DNA of 64,000 nucleotides from Nitrososphaeria archaeon (GTDB lineage: Archaea; Thermoproteota; Nitrososphaeria; Nitrososphaerales; JANXEG01): the NCBI GenBank assembly GCA_029775915.1, contig JARVKA010000004.1, positions 56,015 to 120,014 of the forward strand, in the 5' to 3' direction. The notes beneath the pieces are model-generated. The model was not told where the DNA came from and did no database searches. It worked only from the letters and a program-made list of their open reading frames with translations. The translations under genes and the position numbers were made by a program. Below, in pieces: positions 39,328 to 47,940 of the stretch. Position 1 is the stretch's first letter. Every line of letters begins with the position of its first letter.

Positions 39328-40144
39328 GACAGCAATAGTTATTGATAAGAATGTCCTTGATAGATTTTATGATTTTTGCTTAACTGATCTCCAGCTAACG
39401 GAGAGGACGGCAAAGCTTCATAGATGGGTGATTCAAAGATGGCTTTCATGGCAAGGCAAAAGAGCTATAACAATTGATGCTTTAAGGGAATATCTTAAAG
39501 AGCATAAGAGGAGTGGGACTTACGCTTGTATCATCAATGCCTTTAGGGCGTTCTTTAGAGATTTTTTGAAGCGTGGAGGCTTAGTTGAATCATTTAAACT
39601 ACCTAGAAGAGAGTATTCACCCAAAATTATTCCCAATTTAAAAGATCTCCAAAGATTTTATGAAGCATTGCCCACAATCAATAGCAAAGCTGCTTTTTTA
39701 CTTTACGCTACCACAGGGTTAAGAAGATCAGAAGTTCTCTCATTAACCTTTGATGATATCGATTTTAAGAATCGCATGGTAAGACCGAAAAGTCATAAAG
39801 GGAGTAAGACCAAACATGTATGGGTAACCTTCTATAATGAAGAAGCTGAAGAAGTTTTAAAGAAGATTACAAATCGAAGGCGTAAAACATTGATTGGAAT
39901 TAGTGATACAACACTAAAAAGGGCTTGGAAAAAGGCTCAAGATAAGACTGGATTGCATATTACACCTCAAGATTTGAGAGAATGGTTCAGTCAAACTATG
40001 GGGGAGAAAGGTGTTCCAGATCGATATGTAGATGCGTTTCAAGGGAGAATCCCTAGAAGTGTAATTGCTAGAAATTATACTGATTATAGTCCTGAAAGGT
40101 TAAAACGGATTTATGATCAAGCAAATTTAAGAGTGTTAAATTAA
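39278..40144 (+). CDS. tyrosine recombinase, C-terminal catalytic fragment of a partitioned SSV-type integrase (Int-C)
   Basis: Begins within attL (MVGLPGFEPGTFRLSAE is encoded antisense to the tRNA). Catalytic-domain blocks are TTGLRRSEVLSLTFDDID, ITPQDLREWF and RSVIARNYTDY. Confidence 0.85.
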   Translation: MVGLPGFEPGTFRLSAETAIVIDKNVLDRFYDFCLTDLQLTERTAKLHRWVIQRWLSWQGKRAITIDALREYLKEHKRSGTYACIINAFRAFFRDFLKRGGLVESFKLPRREYSPKIIPNLKDLQRFYEALPTINSKAAFLLYATTGLRRSEVLSLTFDDIDFKNRMVRPKSHKGSKTKHVWVTFYNEEAEEVLKKITNRRRKTLIGISDTTLKRAWKKAQDKTGLHITPQDLREWFSQTMGEKGVPDRYVDAFQGRIPRSVIARNYTDYSPERLKRIYDQANLRVLN

Positions 40145-40351
40145 ATACTATCGTAGGAGGACTAAAAGGTGTTATGTGATTCGGAAGCTAAAAAACATGG
40201 GCCTAGATAAACTTTTAGCCTTTTTAAAAAGTAGCGTTTTGTATAAAGTATGGCGGGAAGTTATATTGACTTTAAGGAAACTGATAAAGATATAAAGCAA
40301 AAGGATTAAATCCTTACATTAAATATAAATATCGAAAAACCTATTGAATTA

Positions 40352-41371
40352 ATGGACAGTAGAGTGATGGAAAAAAGAAATAATAAATTAAATGATCTTT
40401 CAGGGACAGAATGGATTAAGTTTACTAAGTCATGGGCTGTGTATGATAGTGAGGGGAATAAAGTTGTTAATTATAATAGAGAAGATACAAGAAAAATAGG
40501 CTTCAGGTCATGGTTTATCCATAATCCACCTTCAAGAGAGTCGAATAAAATTTTGCATCCTGCTTCATTCCCAGAAACTATGATAAATGAATTTATCTTA
40601 TTTTTTACAAAGAGGGGGGACTGGGTTTTAGATCCCTTTCTAGGGAGTGGGAGTGTTTTACTTTCTGCGTTTGAAACTGGTAGAAATGCCATAGGAATAG
40701 AACTTTCTGAATATTGGGCAAATATAAGCAAAAAAAGACTTGAAGAAGCTAGGATTCAAAAAAAGATGGATATCTATAGTGGGGAAGCGGAAACAAAACA
40801 GATCGTCATTGTAGGGGATTCAAGAAATATCGATAAAATATGGGCTGAAAATAAATTTCCATTGGTAGACTTTGTTATCACATCACCCCCATATTGGAAT
40901 CAATTAAAAAGAGCTTGGTTAAGGCAGAAAAAAAGAAAAGAGAAAGGCTTGCCAACAGAATATTCAGAAGATGATAAAGACCTTGGGAACATAGACGATT
41001 ATGAGAGATTTATTTTAGAAGAAAAGTTGATTTTTGATAAAGTATATGAGGTGACAAAAGATAAGGGATACCTTGTCATTATAACGAACAATATATTTAC
41101 TAACAAGCGGCTTTATCCTCTCGCATTCGATACTTTACTCACCTTAAGTGAGAAATGGTGTCCCAAAGATGAAAAATTGTGGTTGCAAGATGACAAGGCT
41201 TTACTCCCATTAGGAATTTATAATGAATGGGTAGGTAACCGACATCATCAATACTGTCTAATATTCAGAAAAGAAGAAGGAAAAAAGGGAGAATTAAGGA
41301 AAGAATTTGAGAAAAGAATTAGATCCCTATACCTAAAACTTTTGAGTGAATGTAATGAGTCTAAACCATGA
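40352..41371 (+). CDS. DNA methyltransferase (N4-cytosine/N6-adenine family)
   Basis: HPASFPETM...VLDPFLGSGS (AdoMet motif, aa 94-101) and VITSPPYW (catalytic motif, aa 178-181). Confidence 0.85.
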   Translation: MDSRVMEKRNNKLNDLSGTEWIKFTKSWAVYDSEGNKVVNYNREDTRKIGFRSWFIHNPPSRESNKILHPASFPETMINEFILFFTKRGDWVLDPFLGSGSVLLSAFETGRNAIGIELSEYWANISKKRLEEARIQKKMDIYSGEAETKQIVIVGDSRNIDKIWAENKFPLVDFVITSPPYWNQLKRAWLRQKKRKEKGLPTEYSEDDKDLGNIDDYERFILEEKLIFDKVYEVTKDKGYLVIITNNIFTNKRLYPLAFDTLLTLSEKWCPKDEKLWLQDDKALLPLGIYNEWVGNRHHQYCLIFRKEEGKKGELRKEFEKRIRSLYLKLLSECNESKP

Positions 41372-42509
41372 TGAGATGGCTGATATTATTGCAAAGACGC
41401 TGTTAAGTAAATATCGAGATCACTTCGGCAATGTTTTCGTATCTCCTATATCTTCAGATTTTCCAAAACCTGATTTTATTTTTATTCCTATAGAAATTAG
41501 CAGATCTAAGATAACTTCGCATGAAAAGATATTTGCAAGAGTTATCGGAGAAGAAAAAAAGTCTTACCCTACAGCCTTTGAATTCAAAACGCCTTATGTT
41601 TATAAACATGAATATATTTCTGGAATAGGTCAAGCAGTAACATATCATTCAATTTTTGTTAGATCATATCTTATCGTTCCTGATTATAATATAGAACATT
41701 TTAAAGTGTCGCAGTTTATTGTTGAAATAATTGAAAAAGCTAAGCTAAAGATAGGATTAATTTCATATGATCCGAAGAATCTTGGAAAAGTTAAAATCGA
41801 GAAGGAATCTTGCGTTATAGAAAGAGAGCCTGAAAATCTTGTTGAGGCGACAAGGGGTATTACAAGGTCGTATGCGTATTGGAGAGAGACTCGGCCAAAT
41901 GAAGTGTATGAATTTCTTAATATAACTCATAAGGTCGAAGAAGAAGCCAAGTTAGAGGAGAATATAAAAGATAAAGTTCTTAACATGTTATGGGATAAAG
42001 TATTATCATCACGGTTTAAAAAAGCAGAACGAAAAGCATCTTTTTTATTGAATTATAATTTATTATTCAGCCAACTTGGTTTATGGGATAAGAAAGGTAA
42101 ACTCACACCTCTTGGAAGATATACCCTATTACAAGGAGAACGTTTTGGAAAAGGGAGCAGTGACTTCCAAGACCTTGTAACTTATCTATTGTTAAGATAT
42201 GGTGGGCATTATCTTTTACTTAGAAAAATTTACCTTGTCCAATCCAAGCTCTCTTCAAGACAAATGAACACTTGGGAAAAATGGATTAAGCATATAAAAG
42301 CTAAATTAGCAGATGAAAATTTTTATATCTCCGAGGACGATTTTAGAATGGATTTCCCTAGATTGCCTTATGCTTATGAAAACCACTTTAGCGGAATAGT
42401 CGCTCGACCTAAATTTATAGAAGGAAGAGGTCTTAATATCAATTGGCCTAAGATTTTGGATATATTAGATAAGGGTAAGAGAATATACTCTCCGATAGAG
42501 ATTGAATAG
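41346..42509 (+). CDS. hypothetical protein, candidate PD-(D/E)xK restriction endonuclease partner of the methyltransferase
   Basis: Overlaps the methyltransferase gene by 26 nt. Has the N-terminal pattern PD (aa 42-43) ... EFK (aa 79-81), followed by GIGQAVTY. No family was recognised by eye. Confidence 0.4.
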   Translation: MNVMSLNHDEMADIIAKTLLSKYRDHFGNVFVSPISSDFPKPDFIFIPIEISRSKITSHEKIFARVIGEEKKSYPTAFEFKTPYVYKHEYISGIGQAVTYHSIFVRSYLIVPDYNIEHFKVSQFIVEIIEKAKLKIGLISYDPKNLGKVKIEKESCVIEREPENLVEATRGITRSYAYWRETRPNEVYEFLNITHKVEEEAKLEENIKDKVLNMLWDKVLSSRFKKAERKASFLLNYNLLFSQLGLWDKKGKLTPLGRYTLLQGERFGKGSSDFQDLVTYLLLRYGGHYLLLRKIYLVQSKLSSRQMNTWEKWIKHIKAKLADENFYISEDDFRMDFPRLPYAYENHFSGIVARPKFIEGRGLNINWPKILDILDKGKRIYSPIEIE

Positions 42510-42867
42510 TAAGTTTAAAGGTCTAAAATTAAATTTAAACGTAGTAAAATGATGGTATGTATAAAAAATTCTATGCTTTAGAAGAATGCTTTCATAGAAC
42601 GGGCTAAATACTTTCATGTGATCGCTAAAAAGAAGAAGAGAAGATGGATTATTAAGAGTTTATAAGCTTTTGAGAAGGTTTAGAAAAATTTTATCATGTT
42701 TATATTTCCTATACCTCTACCATTTTTAGAAACAGAGCATGCTATTCCAGAAGACGATTTCGTAAAGTTCATGATACTTCTCTTTTAGTGTTGTTAAGCC
42801 TTGAGATTTAAACTTCTCTCATATACTCCTCGAATTAATGAGATAATTGAATTAGTGGTTTCATAGA

Positions 42868-42937
42868 TTAAACTCTAAAATCGGATAGGGGTATCTTTTT
42901 TATTTATCTATATACCCCCTCCGATTTTAGAGTTTAA
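42868..42937. repeat. long inverted repeat (18-bp perfect arms, extendable to ~25 bp) in element non-coding DNA
   Basis: TTAAACTCTAAAATCGGA (42868-42885) pairs with TCCGATTTTAGAGTTTAA (42920-42937). The inner GGGGTAT/ATACCCC adds 7 bp, and the loop is AT-rich. Confidence 0.85.
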
Positions 42938-42942
42938 TTCTT

Positions 42943-42980
42943 TTATACATTTATGCTCAAATTTATACATAAATGTATAA
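42943..42980. repeat. second inverted repeat (13-bp arms, 12-nt spacer)
   Basis: TTATACATTTATG (42943-42955) pairs with CATAAATGTATAA (42968-42980). Confidence 0.8.
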
Positions 42981-43047
42981 ATTTGGTTAATTCTAAAAAC
43001 AATTCATTTTGAATATTTTATTAGGATTAGGCAACTCTTTTGCTTCA

Positions 43048-43083
43048 CCTGGTAACTCTATTTTTATTTTACCAGGTAACTCT
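43048..43083. repeat. iteron-like direct repeats CC(T/A)GGTAACTCT spaced 24 nt
   Basis: CCTGGTAACTCT at 43048-43059 and CCAGGTAACTCT at 43072-43083. Related CCAGGT/CTTGGTAACT copies lie at 43721, 43821 and 43845. Confidence 0.7.
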
Positions 43084-43133
43084 TCCATTATAAGTGGGTA
43101 GTAAAGTTATTACATAAAGTTTGGGCTACAACT

Positions 43134-43571
43134 ATGAGAGAGGTTGGTATCGAGCTAGAAGAGGACTTTAAGGAAGAGGTGTGTAAATTATTCAATAAGC
43201 ATTTAAAAATAATAGGTAAAGCTGGAAGATGGTATGCGAAAGAAGTTTTTCTGGATATCATATTTGACTATTTTATGTTTAAGAAAGAAATCCCTATACC
43301 TCTCGAGGAAAAGACGTTAGATTTAGCCAAAAACACTTTTGCTGAAAAATTTGAATATCTCACAGAAGAGGTGTTGGATGGACTCAAAGATTTAATCCAA
43401 TTAATAACGGTAAAAATCATAAAGGAGATAGATAAAGAAGGTTGGGATCTAATCAAAGACATACCCATTTTTAAGGAGTTGGATGAAAGATTAAAAGCGA
43501 TAGAAGACTTTGAGAAAAAATATCCAGGAAAAGTGAGATTCCCAATCTTCGAACATAGGGATGTCTCGTAA
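43134..43571 (+). CDS. hypothetical acidic protein of the integrated element
   Basis: 145-aa ORF flanked by the repeat-rich non-coding DNA. No motif was recognised. Confidence 0.5.
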   Translation: MREVGIELEEDFKEEVCKLFNKHLKIIGKAGRWYAKEVFLDIIFDYFMFKKEIPIPLEEKTLDLAKNTFAEKFEYLTEEVLDGLKDLIQLITVKIIKEIDKEGWDLIKDIPIFKELDERLKAIEDFEKKYPGKVRFPIFEHRDVS

Positions 43572-44090
43572 TTAATATTCATATATACCTATAGTCGGTG
43601 TATAATCTTCATTAACTCCACTAACTTCATATGGTATTTAATGAATAGATAATTCTATGCTCCATATCTCATCATGATCCGTGTATTATCTCATAAAGAT
43701 GGGTTATTGAGATTTAATTACCAGGTCCTAAAATAAGAATTCCTTTTTCAACCTTTTCCTACTTATATCATTTATATTCTCCCCCTTACCTTTTTTAGAG
43801 AGGGAACAAACAAAGGATGCCTTGGTAACTTGATTATTGGATTGCCAGGTATTTAATGAATAATTAATTCCATATTTTATTCACTCAATTTAGTAATTTT
43901 CATTAAATTCCTTTTCTTCAAGGCTATACAAAAAGCTAAGTGGGGAAGATTTTAGCTATTCATGTTTATTTATATAGCCCCCTCAAAATTTTTAGCAACT
44001 GTGTTAAGTCCTTAAAAGTTTAACATTTGTGAGCTACTTTATGTAAGAAGGCTCTACTCAAAACCTTATATTCAAAGTTGCTATAATAAA

Positions 44091-44435
44091 ATGATGGGTA
44101 ACATGCCCAAGACCATTGGTATTAAACTCCGTGATGAGGATCTTGTAAGCCTTAACATTCAACTCAAAACCCTCGGTTATGAAAGCCTCTCAGACTTGGT
44201 TCACACAGTCATTGAAGGCAGATTCTCTAATGCTCAATTAGTCGAGGTTTTAGCGGATAAAATAGCTGAATTGGTAGTGGAAAAAGTTAACCAAAGGTTA
44301 ACCTCTACAGCGACAGCCCAATCTATTTCCGTTAACGCTTTGAATTGCGAAGCATCTCAAAGGGTTATGGTGGGACTGCCCGGATTTGAACCGGGGACCT
44401 TTCGGTTATCAGCCGAACGCTCCTCGGCCCATTAG
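44091..44435 (+). CDS. N-terminal fragment of the partitioned integrase (Int-N)
   Basis: Reads into attR in the same frame as Int-C (…QRVMVGLPGFEPGTFRLSAE), then terminates in tRNA-derived sequence. The N-terminal part looks RHH/HTH-like. Confidence 0.75.
   Translation: MMGNMPKTIGIKLRDEDLVSLNIQLKTLGYESLSDLVHTVIEGRFSNAQLVEVLADKIAELVVEKVNQRLTSTATAQSISVNALNCEASQRVMVGLPGFEPGTFRLSAERSSAH
44359..44416. repeat. attR: 58-bp direct repeat overlapping the 3' part of the functional tRNA-Ile gene
   Basis: Identical to 39270-39327. Covers 9 nt downstream of the tRNA, the CCA, acceptor 3' strand, T-arm, variable loop, anticodon loop and part of the anticodon stem. Confidence 0.9.
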
Positions 44436-44460
44436 GATAACCAAGCTGAGCTACAGTCCC
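44368..44460 (-). tRNA. tRNA-Ile (anticodon GAU) with encoded CCA and a ~15-nt insertion (putative non-canonical intron) in the D-loop
   Basis: The minus strand reads GGGACTG TA GCTC AGCTTGGTTA[TCCTAATGGGCCGAG] GAGC G TTCGG CTGATAA CCGAA AGGTC CCCGG TTCAAAT CCGGG CAGTCCC A CCA. All four stems pair. Confidence 0.85.
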
Positions 44461-44613
44461 ACCAAACTTAATTTAAAATACCTCCATTTTATAATTTTTA
44501 CCTTATTTTAAATGAGAAGAATTTTGATATTAAATTACTATCGAGTCGAGGAATAATAAATATTCAAAGGGAAGATTTAATTTTAAAGTATAACTTGTCA
44601 TAAATGATGATAA

Positions 44614-45957
44614 ATGGTTAATCTTTCAGGGTATAGGGGAGATTCCTTAAAGCTTCTTGGTGAATATCGAGTATCGATTGGAGATCCAATTATAATTGAG
44701 ACTGATAAAGCTATTTATGAAGGGATTTTAATGCCACGTTATGAGTTTGCTGATGATCAACATATTGTGATAAAATTGAAGAATGGTTACAATATTGGTA
44801 TTAACATTAAAAGAATTAAGAATATAATTAAAAAGTCTGAAAAAGAAGAATTAATTCCAATTATTCAATTACCACCCATATCTTTAGATAAAAATTTACC
44901 AAAAGTCTCCATAATTAGTACTGGAGGTACTATTGCAAGTAGAATCGATTATAGAACTGGTGGTGTACATCCAGCACTTTCAGCGAGTGATTTATACACA
45001 GCAATACCTGAGATTTCCAAATATGCTCAAATAGATACAGAGATTTTATTCAATCTTTATAGTGAAAATATTGAAGTGAGCCATTGGAAAGCTATGGCTA
45101 TTAAGATTGCGGAGAAGATAAAAGAGGGTTTTCAAGGTGTAATTATTACTCATGGTACGGATACTATGGGTTATACATCAGCTGCATTAAGCTTTGCACT
45201 TATTAATTTACCAATACCTGTAGCGATTGTTGGTTCACAAAGATCATCAGATAGGCCATCATCAGATGCTGCTTTAAATTTAATTGGTGGTGTAATAGTA
45301 GCTGCTAAAGCACCTTTCTCAGGTGTTTACGTAGTGATGCATTCAAGTATGAATGATGATATTTTAGCAGTTCATCTCGGGACTAGAGTGAGAAAGAATC
45401 ATACGAGTAGGAGAGATGCATTTGAATCTATTGATATATCTCCAGCCGCATACATTAAAAATGGTAATATAGAAAAGGTTTTGGATAATTTACCAATAAG
45501 AAGAGAAGATTATAATTATCAACCGAGAGCAAATTTTGATAATCGAGTTGCTTTATTAAAATTTTACCCAAATTTTGATCCATCAATTATTGAATATTTG
45601 ATCGATCGGGGTTATAAAGGGATTGTGCTTGAAGGTACTGGTTTAGGCCATGTAAGTAATGCTTGCTACCCAGCTTTGAGAAAAGCAATAGATAAGGGAT
45701 TATTGGTAATGATGACTTCACAATGTATTTGGGGAAGAGTGAGAATGACAGTTTATGAAACTGGTCGTGATCTTCTCAAGATAGGTGTTATACCATTAGA
45801 AGGTATGCTACCTGAGACAGCATTGGTAAAAGCGATGTGGGTTTTAGCTAATACGAATAATCAAGAGGATGCTAAACGACTCATGTTAATGAATCTTGTA
45901 GGAGAGTATGTTTCTCGCTCACCATTAGAAAGGAGGCCAAAAGATGGTGTCTTTTAA
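44614..45957 (+). CDS. gatD: Glu-tRNA(Gln) amidotransferase subunit D
   Basis: Asparaginase-like domain with the TGGTIAS and HGTDTM motifs. Followed by overlapping gatE. Confidence 0.95.
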   Translation: MVNLSGYRGDSLKLLGEYRVSIGDPIIIETDKAIYEGILMPRYEFADDQHIVIKLKNGYNIGINIKRIKNIIKKSEKEELIPIIQLPPISLDKNLPKVSIISTGGTIASRIDYRTGGVHPALSASDLYTAIPEISKYAQIDTEILFNLYSENIEVSHWKAMAIKIAEKIKEGFQGVIITHGTDTMGYTSAALSFALINLPIPVAIVGSQRSSDRPSSDAALNLIGGVIVAAKAPFSGVYVVMHSSMNDDILAVHLGTRVRKNHTSRRDAFESIDISPAAYIKNGNIEKVLDNLPIRREDYNYQPRANFDNRVALLKFYPNFDPSIIEYLIDRGYKGIVLEGTGLGHVSNACYPALRKAIDKGLLVMMTSQCIWGRVRMTVYETGRDLLKIGVIPLEGMLPETALVKAMWVLANTNNQEDAKRLMLMNLVGEYVSRSPLERRPKDGVF

Positions 45958-47851
45958 TCTTGAAGAGATTGGTTTAAAAATTGGATTGGAAATTCATCAA
46001 CAATTAGCTACTAAAAATAAACTCTTTTGTGAATGTAAAACTTTTACTGAGTCTGATTTTAAATTTAATTTCATTAGGCGCCTTCGCCCAACACAAAGTG
46101 AATTGGGCCAAATAGATCCTGCAGCACTTTTCGAATTCAAAAAAGGTACTACTATTAAATATTTAGCTGGTAAGGAGAGTGCGTGTTTAGTTGAAGCTGA
46201 TGAAGAACCCCCTCACGATATTAATAAAGAGGCTATTGAGACTGCGATTTTAATCGCTTTAATCTTGAATTCAAATATCGTTGATGAGATGCATGTTATG
46301 AGAAAAATCGTTATTGATGGTTCAAATACTACAGGATTTCAAAGAACATTAATTGTAGCTTTAGGTGGTGCTTTAAAAGTTGGTAATAAAACAATACCTA
46401 TACAAACTATTTGTCTTGAAGAAGATGCTTGTAGACTTTTAAATGAAGGTGAAAAAGTTCGTGAGTATAGCTTAGATCGATTGGGTGTGCCTTTAATAGA
46501 GGTATCATTAGCACCCTTTACTGGTACTCCTCAAGAGGTTCAAGAGGTTGCTTTAGCTTTAGGAAGATTATTGAGATCTACAAAGAGAGTGGCTAGGGGT
46601 TTAGGTACTATAAGGCAAGATCTCAATATTTCGATTAAAAATGGTGGTGTGGTAGAGGTTAAAGGTATACAAAAACTTGATCTTTTAGGAAAGATTGTTG
46701 AGTTTGAAATTCACAGACAATTAGCATTGCTTAATTTGAGTAATAAATTAAAAGAGAGGGGCTTAACATCAAATGATTTTAATGAAGAATTTTTAGATGT
46801 TAGTGATATTTTTAAAGATACGAGTTCATCAATATTGAAAAGAGCTTTAGAAAGAAAAGATTGGATAATTGCATTAAAACTTAAGAATTGTAAAGACTTA
46901 TTGAAGTATGAACCGTATCCAGATGTTAGACTCGGTAAAGAATTGGCTGATTTGGTTCGATTTTATGGTTTAGGCGGCATTATACACTCAGATGAATTAC
47001 CAAATTACGGAATAAGTGAGCAAGAAGTAAATCAAGTTAGGGAAAGATTAGGTTTGTATGATGAAGATGCTTTTATTCTTTTAACTGGTTCAGAGTATAG
47101 TGTTCAAGAGGCATTAAAAGCGGTAGTAAATTATCTTCGTGAATTAATAAAAGGTGTGCCATCAGAGACTAGAGGGCCTACACCTGATGGTAAAACGAGA
47201 TTTACTAGACCTAGACCTGGAGCAGCAAGAATGTATCCTGAGACTGATATTCCTCCCTTCCCAATCTCTGAGGAGCTTATAAAAAGATTATCTCTCCAAA
47301 TACCAAAACCTTGGCAAGAGCAAGTGGAAGAATTTAAATTAAAATATGGATTGAGTGATAAACTCGCTTTACAAATTTATGATTCTGAATATATAGATAT
47401 TTTTAATGAATTAGTATCTACAACGAAAGTTGCACCAAGTTTTATCGCCACCGTTTTATTAGAAACTTTAGTTAACATATCTCGCTCAGGTTTAGATATT
47501 TCTCGAATTAATGATTCAATTTTAAGGTGTTTATTCAAAGCTTTAGATGAAGGGAGAATATCGAAAGAAGCTGTTCAAGAAATTTTAGAAATTATAGCAA
47601 AAGGTGAGGTGAATGATGTTGATTCAGCTATTAAAAAGTTAAAGCTCTTTGTGATTTCTGATGAAGAGTTAGAAGATATTATTAATAAAATTATTCAAGA
47701 GAATTTGAATTTAGTGAAAGAGAGAGGTGAGAATTCTTTCAATGTGTTAATGGGTAAGGTTATGAAGATTGTGAGAGGTAAAGTAGATGGTAAAAAAGTA
47801 AGCACATTATTAAAAGAGAAGATTAAAGAAGTTAGCACTTTATGTAAATAA
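45944..47851 (+). CDS. gatE: Glu-tRNA(Gln) amidotransferase subunit E
   Basis: GatB/E fold blocks (GLEIHQQL, CLEEDA, ETRGP...RPGAARMYPETD). Length is 635 aa. Confidence 0.95.
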   Translation: MVSFNLEEIGLKIGLEIHQQLATKNKLFCECKTFTESDFKFNFIRRLRPTQSELGQIDPAALFEFKKGTTIKYLAGKESACLVEADEEPPHDINKEAIETAILIALILNSNIVDEMHVMRKIVIDGSNTTGFQRTLIVALGGALKVGNKTIPIQTICLEEDACRLLNEGEKVREYSLDRLGVPLIEVSLAPFTGTPQEVQEVALALGRLLRSTKRVARGLGTIRQDLNISIKNGGVVEVKGIQKLDLLGKIVEFEIHRQLALLNLSNKLKERGLTSNDFNEEFLDVSDIFKDTSSSILKRALERKDWIIALKLKNCKDLLKYEPYPDVRLGKELADLVRFYGLGGIIHSDELPNYGISEQEVNQVRERLGLYDEDAFILLTGSEYSVQEALKAVVNYLRELIKGVPSETRGPTPDGKTRFTRPRPGAARMYPETDIPPFPISEELIKRLSLQIPKPWQEQVEEFKLKYGLSDKLALQIYDSEYIDIFNELVSTTKVAPSFIATVLLETLVNISRSGLDISRINDSILRCLFKALDEGRISKEAVQEILEIIAKGEVNDVDSAIKKLKLFVISDEELEDIINKIIQENLNLVKERGENSFNVLMGKVMKIVRGKVDGKKVSTLLKEKIKEVSTLCK

Positions 47852-47940
47852 TCCATTTTCAAGTTACATAAGCAATATATTATTTAGTAAATGTGTTTTT
47901 CCGTAAACTATATAAGATATTTTTACATTATTGTTTACAA

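Larger units (their letters stand above)
39270..44416. mobile_element. integrated element (5147 bp including both att copies) in tRNA-Ile(GAU), with SSV-type partitioned integrase
   Basis: Bounded by perfect 58-bp direct repeats. The int(C) ORF starts inside the left repeat and the int(N) ORF runs into the right repeat. Joining 44091-44416 to 39328-40144 gives one in-frame 1143-nt ORF. Confidence 0.85.

Noticed and set aside
40523-40534. NPPS tetrapeptide (aa 58-61) upstream of the AdoMet motif in the methyltransferase, as a possible degenerate DPPY catalytic motif
   Set aside because: A canonical SPPYW is present later (aa 178-182) and is the more likely catalytic motif. NPPS lacks the aromatic residue. 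It is left as a note only.
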